Below are positions 26,616 to 33,619 of a stretch of 64,000 nt of DNA, in pieces. Made by a program: the position numbers and the translations under genes. Origin of the DNA: an uncultured Candidatus Saccharibacteria bacterium (GTDB taxonomy: Bacteria > Patescibacteriota > Saccharimonadia > Saccharimonadales > Saccharimonadaceae); assembly GCA_946646285.1 (NCBI GenBank), contig CAMPCN010000001.1, forward strand, positions 64,233 to 128,232. Reading direction: 5' to 3'. Numbering within the stretch: the first letter of the stretch is position 1; each line of letters opens with the position of its first letter. The notes below the pieces were generated by a model. That model saw nothing but the letters and a program-made list of their open reading frames with translations, made no database searches and was not told the DNA's origin.

Positions 26616-27335
26616 TTATTGCTTAGGTTCGTAATTAGCTATGCCGTCGATAATATTGTCTTCGTCGATGCCGACAGCTAGTGCCGTGAGTGCGGCTGCG
26701 GCCATATAGTTAACGGCCGCCTCGCCGGTAATATATGTAGCCATGTCGAAACTATGGCCGCTATAGGTGACGTTTGTCTCGGTGCCCATTTTGTATAGTT
26801 TTTGACGATTTATGCGTAGATCGCAGTCACGATCGTGACCATAGGTGAGCGTGGCGGTTTTAGTTGGGTATTTAGAATAAATGTCGTATTTAAGATTGTC
26901 GTCGCGACAAATAATACTAAAGTATGGCTCGGTATTAAAGAGGATAGACTGAGCGTCGTGGTCGCTGGTGTCTGGGGCGCCGATGCCATCTTCGGTTAAT
27001 ACGGCAGTATAGATTGGTAGACCGTAGAATAAGTGATTTGCCAGCGCTGTGCTATCGATCGAAATGACAACATGGTCGGTGCCGGTTTTCCAAATTTTAT
27101 ATATTTGTTTATATAGGTCAGACGTGGTTTTAGGGTCGATAATGAGACCGACCTTAGCGTCGCGAGATTTGATAATTTCGTGAATGTAGTGTGCGGTAAT
27201 ATCGCGACCGTTAGCTCCAGTTACGGCGATAATCTTGAGATCTTTGCCTGGATTACTGTAATAAGTGGCAAGGAATTTTGCCTTGGCTTTTTGAAGTTTT
27301 GGTTTGAGTCCGGATGTCTTCTTTTGCTCTGCCAT
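26616..27335 (-). CDS. Degenerate, C-terminally truncated Mur-ligase paralogue (central domain only; P-loop Lys/Thr lost)
   Basis: IIAVTGANGRDITAHYI aligns with VTGTNGKTTT of murE, and VISIDSTAL aligns with VLELTSHAL. At 239 aa it ends where the Mur C-terminal domain would begin. Confidence 0.6.
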   Translation of the reverse strand: MAEQKKTSGLKPKLQKAKAKFLATYYSNPGKDLKIIAVTGANGRDITAHYIHEIIKSRDAKVGLIIDPKTTSDLYKQIYKIWKTGTDHVVISIDSTALANHLFYGLPIYTAVLTEDGIGAPDTSDHDAQSILFNTEPYFSIICRDDNLKYDIYSKYPTKTATLTYGHDRDCDLRINRQKLYKMGTETNVTYSGHSFDMATYITGEAAVNYMAAAALTALAVGIDEDNIIDGIANYEPKQ

Positions 27336-27341
27336 AAAAAT

Positions 27342-27350
27342 AGTATATCA
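27342..27350 (-). promoter_or_regulatory. Extended -10 (TGaTATACT) 6 nt upstream of ATG 27335; leaderless candidate
   Basis: The minus strand reads TGATATACT-attttt-ATG. Confidence 0.4.
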
Positions 27351-27365
27351 TCTCTTGGGGAAATG

Positions 27366-27374
27366 TGCTATAAT
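27366..27374 (+). promoter_or_regulatory. Extended -10 (TGcTATAAT), likely promoter of tRNA-Arg
   Basis: TGCTATAAT ~95 nt upstream of the tRNA. An ATCTGTT/AACAGAT hairpin at 27440-27456 lies in between. Confidence 0.45.
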
Positions 27375-27470
27375 ATGGCTTATCACGTGGAAAAATGTTT
27401 TTGCGCGATGATCTTTTAATCTTTGAACGGTGGAATAGTAATCTGTTTTTAACAGATGCTATCCACATAT

Positions 27471-27547
27471 GTGCCCGTAGCTCAGTTGGATAGAGCGTCA
27501 GCTTGCGGAGCTGAAGGTCGTACGTTCGAATCGTATCGGGCATACCA
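27471..27547 (+). tRNA. tRNA-Arg, anticodon read as GCG, CCA encoded
   Basis: Acceptor GTGCCCG/CGGGCAT, D-arm GCTC-AGTTGGATA-GAGC (A20 present) and anticodon stem TCAGC/GCTGA. The anticodon loop is TTGCGGA and the T-arm is GTACG-TTCGAAT-CGTAT. Confidence 0.85.
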
Positions 27548-27552
27548 TATTT

Positions 27553-27800
27553 GCAGAAGAAATCGTCTATCTTGGCATTTTTCTCTTCTCGCTCGACCAA
27601 AAGTCGCGCTTCAAAGAGAGAAAATACCAACCTAGGCGATTTTTTCTAGCAAATATTTCTGTTAATGAGGCGCGTTTCTCTCGAAGAAATTACCAACCTA
27701 CGGCTTTTTGCTACGAAATACTTCTTGCTCGCCCATGAGGCGCGCTTCGAAGAGAGAAAATACCAATCTAGGCGATTTTTCTAGCAAATACTTTTGTCAA
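27553..27800. repeat. About four degenerate ~66-70-bp tandem repeats immediately 3' of tRNA-Arg
   Basis: Units begin at ~27553 (degenerate), 27605, 27671 and 27741. The core is cgcgcttc(g/a)aagagagaaaataccaa(c/t)ctaggcgattttt(t)ctagcaaata(c/t)tt. Confidence 0.75.
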
Positions 27801-27801
27801 T

Positions 27802-28536
27802 ATGGCGGAATGGTTAGGATTAAGCCATTATGGCATAATAATAAAAAAGAATATGTTCGAGAATATAAAGAAAAAGCGAGAAGCGGGAGCTGAAGATCGT
27901 ACTAGTGAAGAACCTGCTAATATTTGGGATGCCCTTGCCAATGAGCCGTTTGCTGGTGATTCTAGGAATGCTAGTAACGCACGTGAAAAAGATATACCTA
28001 GAGAGGCATCTTATATTAGCAGTATGAGGCAGCGCATAGCGAGGATAGAGGGAGTCTCAGAGAATGCGACGCTCGATAGTATGATATTGTACGGCCCTGG
28101 AGCTTTCATGTCTTTGCTTCAGGCAAAGGTTGGGGCTGGTCGTTCGAAAGAATTGATAATTTCTATGCTCGATGAACAAGTGAAAAATGACTATATTCGG
28201 CGTTATGGTTTGCCCAAAGATGCGACTTGGGAGGATATACGCGATGAGGATGTCGATGCGTTTATTGATGATTGTGAGGACAACGGATTAAGTTTGGATG
28301 AAGGAGATGATAATTATTTTCTAAAACATCCAGAGGAATATCGTAAAGTTTTAGTAAAGAGATATGAGTTGCCGGAAGATACGAGCCTAGAAACGGCCAG
28401 AGGCATATTTATGGCGCAAAATGAAATTATGAATGAGCGAATTAATAATGGCTCGTCGTTTGGGTATTTGGAAAAGTATATTGAAGATAGACAACAAAGT
28501 GATCGTGGGAATAGCGGGGTTAGTCAATTACTTTAG
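27802..28536 (+). CDS. Hypothetical protein
   Basis: 244-aa ORF with no motif recognised. The start is uncertain (ATG 27853 also possible) because the 5' end overlaps the repeat array. Confidence 0.5.
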   Translation: MAEWLGLSHYGIIIKKNMFENIKKKREAGAEDRTSEEPANIWDALANEPFAGDSRNASNAREKDIPREASYISSMRQRIARIEGVSENATLDSMILYGPGAFMSLLQAKVGAGRSKELIISMLDEQVKNDYIRRYGLPKDATWEDIRDEDVDAFIDDCEDNGLSLDEGDDNYFLKHPEEYRKVLVKRYELPEDTSLETARGIFMAQNEIMNERINNGSSFGYLEKYIEDRQQSDRGNSGVSQLL

Positions 28537-28569
28537 GTGATAATATAATGTAAAAAAGAAGATGTTGAT

Positions 28570-28773
28570 ATGAATGGAAAAGAAAGAAAGCCGATACCAG
28601 GGACGAATTATAAATGGGGCGTTAAATTGCCCGATGGATATGATAATTCGTTGGTGACTAGTAGCGGTAGAAATCGTGACGATGGATATAATTTTGACGA
28701 GCCGAGTGACGATGAAGAAAACGACGATGATGATTTTGGATCGGAGTGGGATTCATTAGATAAAAAGCATTGA
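28570..28773 (+). CDS. Small hypothetical protein with poly-acidic tail
   Basis: 67-aa ORF containing DEPSDDEENDDDDFGSEWD. Its stop overlaps the sufC start region. Confidence 0.45.
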   Translation: MNGKERKPIPGTNYKWGVKLPDGYDNSLVTSSGRNRDDGYNFDEPSDDEENDDDDFGSEWDSLDKKH

Positions 28774-29489
28774 AAATGTTGAGAGTTGAAAGCGTTTCAT
28801 TTGAGGTAAAGAAAGGACGAAAAAAACTAGTCATTCTTGATGATGTTTCTTTTTCGGTGAAGCCTGGAGAACTCGTAGTGATTACTGGCCCGAACGGTAG
28901 CGGTAAATCAACATTGGCGAAAATTATTGCCGGTGTCGAAATGCTTAGTAGCGGCAAAATCATCCTGAACGAGCAAGATGTCTCAACGAAAGATTGTACG
29001 GAACGTGCCAGAATGGGGATTGCCTATTCCCTACAAGCTCCAGTGCACTTCAAAGGTTTGACAGTGCGAGATTTATTGCAGATTGCGTCTACTAGCGGCG
29101 AGACTTTCTGTGGTGAGAATTTAGCTGAAGTGAGTGGCTTGCTGGAAAAAGTTGGCTTGGATTCTGAGCAGTACTTGGATCGCGAAATAAATAATTCCCT
29201 TTCTGGTGGCGAGTTAAAACGCATTGAGATAGCTTCGGTGATTGCGCGTAATGCGAAGCTGGTTATTTTTGACGAGCCGGAGGCTGGAATTGATATTTGG
29301 AGCTTCAATAATTTAATAAAAGTATTCAATGAGATGCGCAAAAATAGTCCAGAGTGCGCAATTGTGATTATTTCTCATCAAGAGCGAATCATAAAGATGG
29401 CGAATCGGATTTTGCTATTAAAAAATGGAAAAATTGCTTTTGATGGATCGAGTGGCGATGCTATGAAGATGATGAGGGATACGCAATGA
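28770..29489 (+). CDS. sufC: Fe-S cluster assembly ATPase SufC
   Basis: Walker A GPNGSGKST, signature LSGGELKR, Walker B LVIFDEPEAGID and H-loop ISHQ. The start is TTG 28770 or ATG 28776. Confidence 0.85.
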   Translation: MKMLRVESVSFEVKKGRKKLVILDDVSFSVKPGELVVITGPNGSGKSTLAKIIAGVEMLSSGKIILNEQDVSTKDCTERARMGIAYSLQAPVHFKGLTVRDLLQIASTSGETFCGENLAEVSGLLEKVGLDSEQYLDREINNSLSGGELKRIEIASVIARNAKLVIFDEPEAGIDIWSFNNLIKVFNEMRKNSPECAIVIISHQERIIKMANRILLLKNGKIAFDGSSGDAMKMMRDTQ

Positions 29490-30409
29490 TGGATTTGGAC
29501 AAAATAGAGCGTGATTTGATGCGTGAGGTGTCTGGAGTAACTGGAATCCCAGAGGGGGCATATAATTTTCGCGTAAATGGAAAATCGATTGGTCGACATA
29601 GCTCAGATAAAATTGATATTATTCCGAAACACGGCAAGAGCGGTATAGATATTCGTATAGTAAATAATACTCGGGGTGAAATAGTGCATATCCCAGTAAT
29701 TATTAGTGCGAGTGGGCTGAAAGAGGCGGTTTATAATGATTTTTATATTGGCGATAATTGTGAAGTGACGATTATTGCGGGATGTGGGATTTATAACTGT
29801 GGGGCCGACGATTCAGTACATGATGGTATTCATACGTTTTACATTGGGAAAAATTCAACGGTATATTATATTGAAAAGCATTGCGGTATTGGGCCAGGAG
29901 CTGGCAAGATACTAAATCCGACGACTAAGTTATTTTTAAGCGAAGGAAGTCGTGCGGAGTTGCTAATGGAACAGATTAAGGGCGTAGATTCAACTAAACG
30001 CTTGACCGAGGCGGAATTAAAAAAAGATGCGCAAGTCGTGATTAAAGAGAGGCTATTTACGCATGGCAAACAGCTAGCGGAGAGTAAGATTGTGACAAAT
30101 TTGTTGGGTGATAATTCGTCGGTTGATATTGTGTCGCGCGCGGTTGCACAGGACTATTCGGTGCAGAACTTCTCTTCTCGTATTATTGGAAAGGCAAAAT
30201 GTCGGGGGCATTCGGAATGCGATGCGATTATCATGGATAAAGCGCGAGTGAATGCTGAGCCGGCGTTAGATGCGCAGAGCGTTGATGCAGAATTAGTACA
30301 TGAGGCGGCGATTGGAAAAATTGCAAGTGAACAGTTGATGAAGCTGATGACTTTGGGCTTATCGCGCAGGCAGGCTGAAGCGCAGATTATAAATGGATTT
30401 TTAAAATAA
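29486..30409 (+). CDS. SufB/SufD-family Fe-S assembly protein
   Basis: C-terminal LVHEAAIGKIASEQLMKLMTLGLSRRQAEAQIINGFL is the SufBD signature region. There is an ATGA overlap with sufC. Confidence 0.8.
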   Translation: MMDLDKIERDLMREVSGVTGIPEGAYNFRVNGKSIGRHSSDKIDIIPKHGKSGIDIRIVNNTRGEIVHIPVIISASGLKEAVYNDFYIGDNCEVTIIAGCGIYNCGADDSVHDGIHTFYIGKNSTVYYIEKHCGIGPGAGKILNPTTKLFLSEGSRAELLMEQIKGVDSTKRLTEAELKKDAQVVIKERLFTHGKQLAESKIVTNLLGDNSSVDIVSRAVAQDYSVQNFSSRIIGKAKCRGHSECDAIIMDKARVNAEPALDAQSVDAELVHEAAIGKIASEQLMKLMTLGLSRRQAEAQIINGFLK

Positions 30410-30485
30410 ACATAAGCAAGTGAAAATATGCGTTTTGGGGTCATAGCAAGCGATTTGACGCGGTTTTTATGGTAAAATAGTATAC

Positions 30486-30573
30486 GGAAGCGTGGCCGAG
30501 TGGTTGAAGGCGCACGACTCGAAATCGTGTGGGCAGAAATGTCTCGGGGGTTCGAATCCCTTCGCTTCCGCCA
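30486..30573 (+). tRNA. tRNA-Ser (anticodon CGA), CCA encoded
   Basis: Acceptor GGAAGCG/CGCTTCC, anticodon loop CTCGAAA and a long variable arm. Confidence 0.9.
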
Positions 30574-30615
30574 GGTTGATATTAAAAAGAACCCGTTATT
30601 GGGTTCTTTTTTTGA

Positions 30616-30954
30616 TTAGCTCTTCCCTATGACGGCAAAGGTTGCGATAACGACGGCGATTATGAGTAAAATACCTATGACGACAAGAACTAATCGAAGC
30701 CGTTGTTTGTGGGTTTTTCTTGCTAAATAACCTTCGCCGATTGTGGTCGACGTGGCGGATGGCGCTCCTGGGTCGGCTGGCGTAGCTACTGGCGCAGACG
30801 AGGCTGGGACAAATTTTGCCGATGGCGCAACTTCGATAATTGGGGTAGTTTTATGGGGCGCATTACTGTCGATTGGTGGGCTAATGGTTTCGAGCGCGGT
30901 TTTATCTGAAGGTTTGGCTTGGGTTAAGGGATGATTTTGAATGATTTTATTCAT
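30616..30954 (-). CDS. Hypothetical C-tail-anchored Pro/Ala/Ser-rich protein
   Basis: 112-aa ORF whose C-terminus LVLVVIGILLIIAVVIATFAVIG forms a TM helix. Confidence 0.5.
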   Translation of the reverse strand: MNKIIQNHPLTQAKPSDKTALETISPPIDSNAPHKTTPIIEVAPSAKFVPASSAPVATPADPGAPSATSTTIGEGYLARKTHKQRLRLVLVVIGILLIIAVVIATFAVIGKS

Positions 30955-30966
30955 TGTGTGATTTAA

Positions 30967-31524
30967 TTAAAGTTCGATAATTCGATAACCATAGACGTAT
31001 TCGATTCTAGTTTGGCCATGTTGGCGGATGAGGTTATGCTCGTCAGGATAAGTGTGTCCGTGTAACAATACTTGAGGTGGTTTTTGATCGATATATTGCA
31101 AGAGCGCGTCGAAACCTTGGTGTGCGATTTCGTCTTCGTCATTTATACCACGAGGTGGGCAATGCGTGATGAAAATGTCGACTTGAGGGTAATCGGCGAG
31201 AATGTCATAAACTTCCTCTTGGGTATACATAATAGCGTAAGGATTTGCTTTGTAGCGGACGCAACCCTGGAGGCCAGCAAAACTTTTGCCTTGATAGTGC
31301 CAAATCATTTGGTGAAGATTCATAATACCTAATTCTTCCATATATTCACCGCTATCATGATTGCCGTAAATGCCGATTTTGGGAATGTCGACAATATCCG
31401 CAAGTGGCAAAAGGTCCTCTCTTGCAAAGTCGCCAAGGCTAATTATTAGTTCGACTTTTTCATTAATGGCTGTTTGGCGAATATCTATTTGGGGTCGACG
31501 ATCTGCTAGCACGAGCGTTTTCAT
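30967..31524 (-). CDS. Metallophosphoesterase family protein
   Basis: GD..., GNHD (IYGNHDSG), ITHCPP and LHGHTY motifs. Confidence 0.8.
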   Translation of the reverse strand: MKTLVLADRRPQIDIRQTAINEKVELIISLGDFAREDLLPLADIVDIPKIGIYGNHDSGEYMEELGIMNLHQMIWHYQGKSFAGLQGCVRYKANPYAIMYTQEEVYDILADYPQVDIFITHCPPRGINDEDEIAHQGFDALLQYIDQKPPQVLLHGHTYPDEHNLIRQHGQTRIEYVYGYRIIEL

Positions 31525-31530
31525 GCTATT

Positions 31531-31539
31531 AGTTTATCA
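31531..31539 (-). promoter_or_regulatory. Extended -10 (TGaTAAACT) 6 nt upstream of ATG 31524; leaderless candidate
   Basis: The minus strand reads TGATAAACT-aatagc-ATG. Confidence 0.35.
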
Positions 31540-31591
31540 TATGAGGTCGAATATCCCTGTTGAGGTATAATGAGAGTAAAAGGAGAATGTG

Positions 31592-31966
31592 ATGGCGAGT
31601 ATTTTTACGAAAATTATTAATGGCGAATTGCCCTGCTATAAGATTTACGAGGATGAAAAGACATTTGCTTTTTTAAATATTAATCCAGAAGCGCGTGGCG
31701 ATACACTGGTTGTGCCAAAGGTTGAAGTTGATAAGATATATGATTTGGCGGATGAAGATTATTCTGCCCTATGGTTAGCAGTTAAAAAAATTGCAAAGCA
31801 TATGGAAGAAGTGACTGGACGACGAACAATTATGAAGGTGATTGGTAAGGATGTGCCACATGCGCATGTGCATGTGATGCCACTAGATGATTCATGGGAG
31901 GAAGATAGAATCATCAAAATGAGCGACGAGGAATTAAGAGAAGCTTGTGCAAAATTGGCGCTCTAG
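31592..31966 (+). CDS. HIT (histidine triad) family nucleotide hydrolase/transferase
   Basis: IFTKIINGELPCYKIYEDEKTFAFLNINP and the histidine triad HAHVHVMP. SD AAAGGAG lies 6 nt before ATG 31592. Confidence 0.9.
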   Translation: MASIFTKIINGELPCYKIYEDEKTFAFLNINPEARGDTLVVPKVEVDKIYDLADEDYSALWLAVKKIAKHMEEVTGRRTIMKVIGKDVPHAHVHVMPLDDSWEEDRIIKMSDEELREACAKLAL

Positions 31967-33189
31967 GCGGTTTTGCGAGACGCTTGCGATTGCGGGGCGG
32001 CCTGGGGTTGTCTTTGAATAACTGGCGTTTTGGTGTCACGGTTATCGTAAAAATGCTCAGACCGCCGAGTGGCTGCCGCTGTTGCTTCGTCGAACCCCCT
32101 GTAGATTGAAGTTTTTTTATAATCTTCGCGAAATGATAATTCGGCGAGGTGGGAAATTTTGTATGGAGATTGATCGAGGTCTTTCTGAATACTTTGGGTG
32201 ACTTTGACGATAGTAGCGAAGGTTTTATCACGAAAGGCGCTGTTACGATCCATGAAGAGGTTAGCTACCTTGTCGGGGTCGTATTCGCCGTTTTTGTCAG
32301 CTGGACCTAGGGCTAGTTGGACATCGGATGGGAGTTCTTTAGTTAGTCGGCGTAACTCTTGTTGAGTGATCAGTCCGATTGCGCCAAGGTTGTCGAAATC
32401 TTGATTTTCTTCCTTAGTCAACTCTCCGCCACCGTTGCTATACTCATCCATGAGTGGTGTGATGAAAAGTTGATTTTGTGCGGACATTTCATAGAGGATT
32501 TTGAATGAAATTAAGGCGGTTTGCTCTTTGTCGATATTGAGGCCGCCGAATTCTGGCACGGAGGAGCGTTCGAGCGTATCGTCAATTGTGCGCTTATCTA
32601 CGCCGACGCAGTATTTGGGGACGCGAGTTTGCCATGATAAATCTCCGTCTTCGTCGCGACAGTAGCGAATATCAGTTAGTCCGACGGGATAGCCGAGATT
32701 TTTATCGTTTGAGCTAATTAATATTTTTTCGCGCACGCCCGATTCGTCGGGTTTGGTCGTAATGTCGAATGCGACTGGGCATTTAAAGTCGGAGCTCCGC
32801 AAAAAGAATGCGGCATCGACGCGATTACTGTAGTCGTCGAATTCGGTGGGCCAGATTGAGTCGGCGGTGTAACTTTCATTTTCTTCGTCGTAGAAAAGAT
32901 CGCCGTTGTTAATGGAAAACTGGACGAGGTATTCGATAGCTTTGGGGTGATATTGGTCGTCAGCGCTCTTGGAATATTCGAAGTTTCTTTGGTTTCTTGC
33001 TACGTATTCCTTATCTTTTCGAATAAAGCGCCTATGGATCGGAGAACTCGAGAAATCATCAATGGTGGGTCTGAAGTTTTCTTTGACGATTTTTTCGAGC
33101 GCTTCGGTCTTGCGTTTATTTTCGGCTTTTCGAGCTTCTTCATGTGTTTCGGAGCTGCGAGCTGTGGTAGATTCGGCTGCAAATGACAT
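31963..33189 (-). CDS. Hypothetical protein (408 aa)
   Basis: Long ORF with no motif recognised. Its 3' end overlaps the HIT gene stop by 4 nt (convergent). Confidence 0.6.
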   Translation of the reverse strand: MSFAAESTTARSSETHEEARKAENKRKTEALEKIVKENFRPTIDDFSSSPIHRRFIRKDKEYVARNQRNFEYSKSADDQYHPKAIEYLVQFSINNGDLFYDEENESYTADSIWPTEFDDYSNRVDAAFFLRSSDFKCPVAFDITTKPDESGVREKILISSNDKNLGYPVGLTDIRYCRDEDGDLSWQTRVPKYCVGVDKRTIDDTLERSSVPEFGGLNIDKEQTALISFKILYEMSAQNQLFITPLMDEYSNGGGELTKEENQDFDNLGAIGLITQQELRRLTKELPSDVQLALGPADKNGEYDPDKVANLFMDRNSAFRDKTFATIVKVTQSIQKDLDQSPYKISHLAELSFREDYKKTSIYRGFDEATAAATRRSEHFYDNRDTKTPVIQRQPQAAPQSQASRKTA

Positions 33190-33259
33190 ATTTTTCGTTG
33201 TTTATTTTTGTTGGTGGCTTATTTATATATAGCATAAACACTTTAAAAAGTCAAGATAG

Positions 33260-33286
33260 GAAAAAGCGGGACAGTGTTGTCCCGCT
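33260..33286 (-). terminator. Rho-independent terminator (AGCGGGACA / TGTCCCGCT)
   Basis: 9-bp stem with a T-run on the minus strand. It overlaps the stop of the 33286-33513 ORF. Confidence 0.75.
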
Positions 33287-33513
33287 TAGGCGGCGAGTGC
33301 CGCTCTGACCTTTGCCACCGCCTGCTCGAACTCGTCGGCATGCTTTTTGGTAGGCATAAGGGAAATGTACCCTTCCTTTTCAGTGCATTCGCCGATTCTT
33401 CCGATCAGCTGAGCGGACTGAATAGCATACCAAACTTTTCTGAGCTGTTCGCTCGTGAAAGCGCCAGTGTATATGATGGCAATATTGGTCTTTGTAAGGT
33501 TCGCGTTTGTCAT
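33286..33513 (-). CDS. Small hypothetical protein (75 aa)
   Basis: MTNANLTKTNIAIIYTG... with a strong SD (AAAGGGGGGAG), its own promoter and terminator. Trimmed from track ORF 33286-33585. Confidence 0.6.
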   Translation of the reverse strand: MTNANLTKTNIAIIYTGAFTSEQLRKVWYAIQSAQLIGRIGECTEKEGYISLMPTKKHADEFEQAVAKVRAALAA

Positions 33514-33556
33514 GGCTCCCCCCTTTCTTGATGCGCTATGGACAAATCGTAACCTT

Positions 33557-33585
33557 ATTGTAGCATAGAATTTGAAATATGTCAA
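33557..33585 (-). promoter_or_regulatory. Sigma70-like promoter TTGACA-17-TACAAT
   Basis: On the minus strand the -35 is at 33585-33580 and the -10 at 33562-33557. Confidence 0.6.
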
Positions 33586-33619
33586 GCATAAGCGTCGAAT
33601 GACGCTTGGTTTGGCCCGC

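Noticed and set aside
27553-27800. Possible CRISPR array
   Set aside because: The units are directly adjacent ~66-70-bp degenerate copies, without short conserved repeats alternating with unique spacers. No cas genes are present in the window.
27253-27893. ORFs 27253-27630(-) and 27708-27893(+)
   Set aside because: They overlap tRNA-Arg and the non-coding ~68-bp tandem repeats. Their composition is repeat-driven and they lack start signals.
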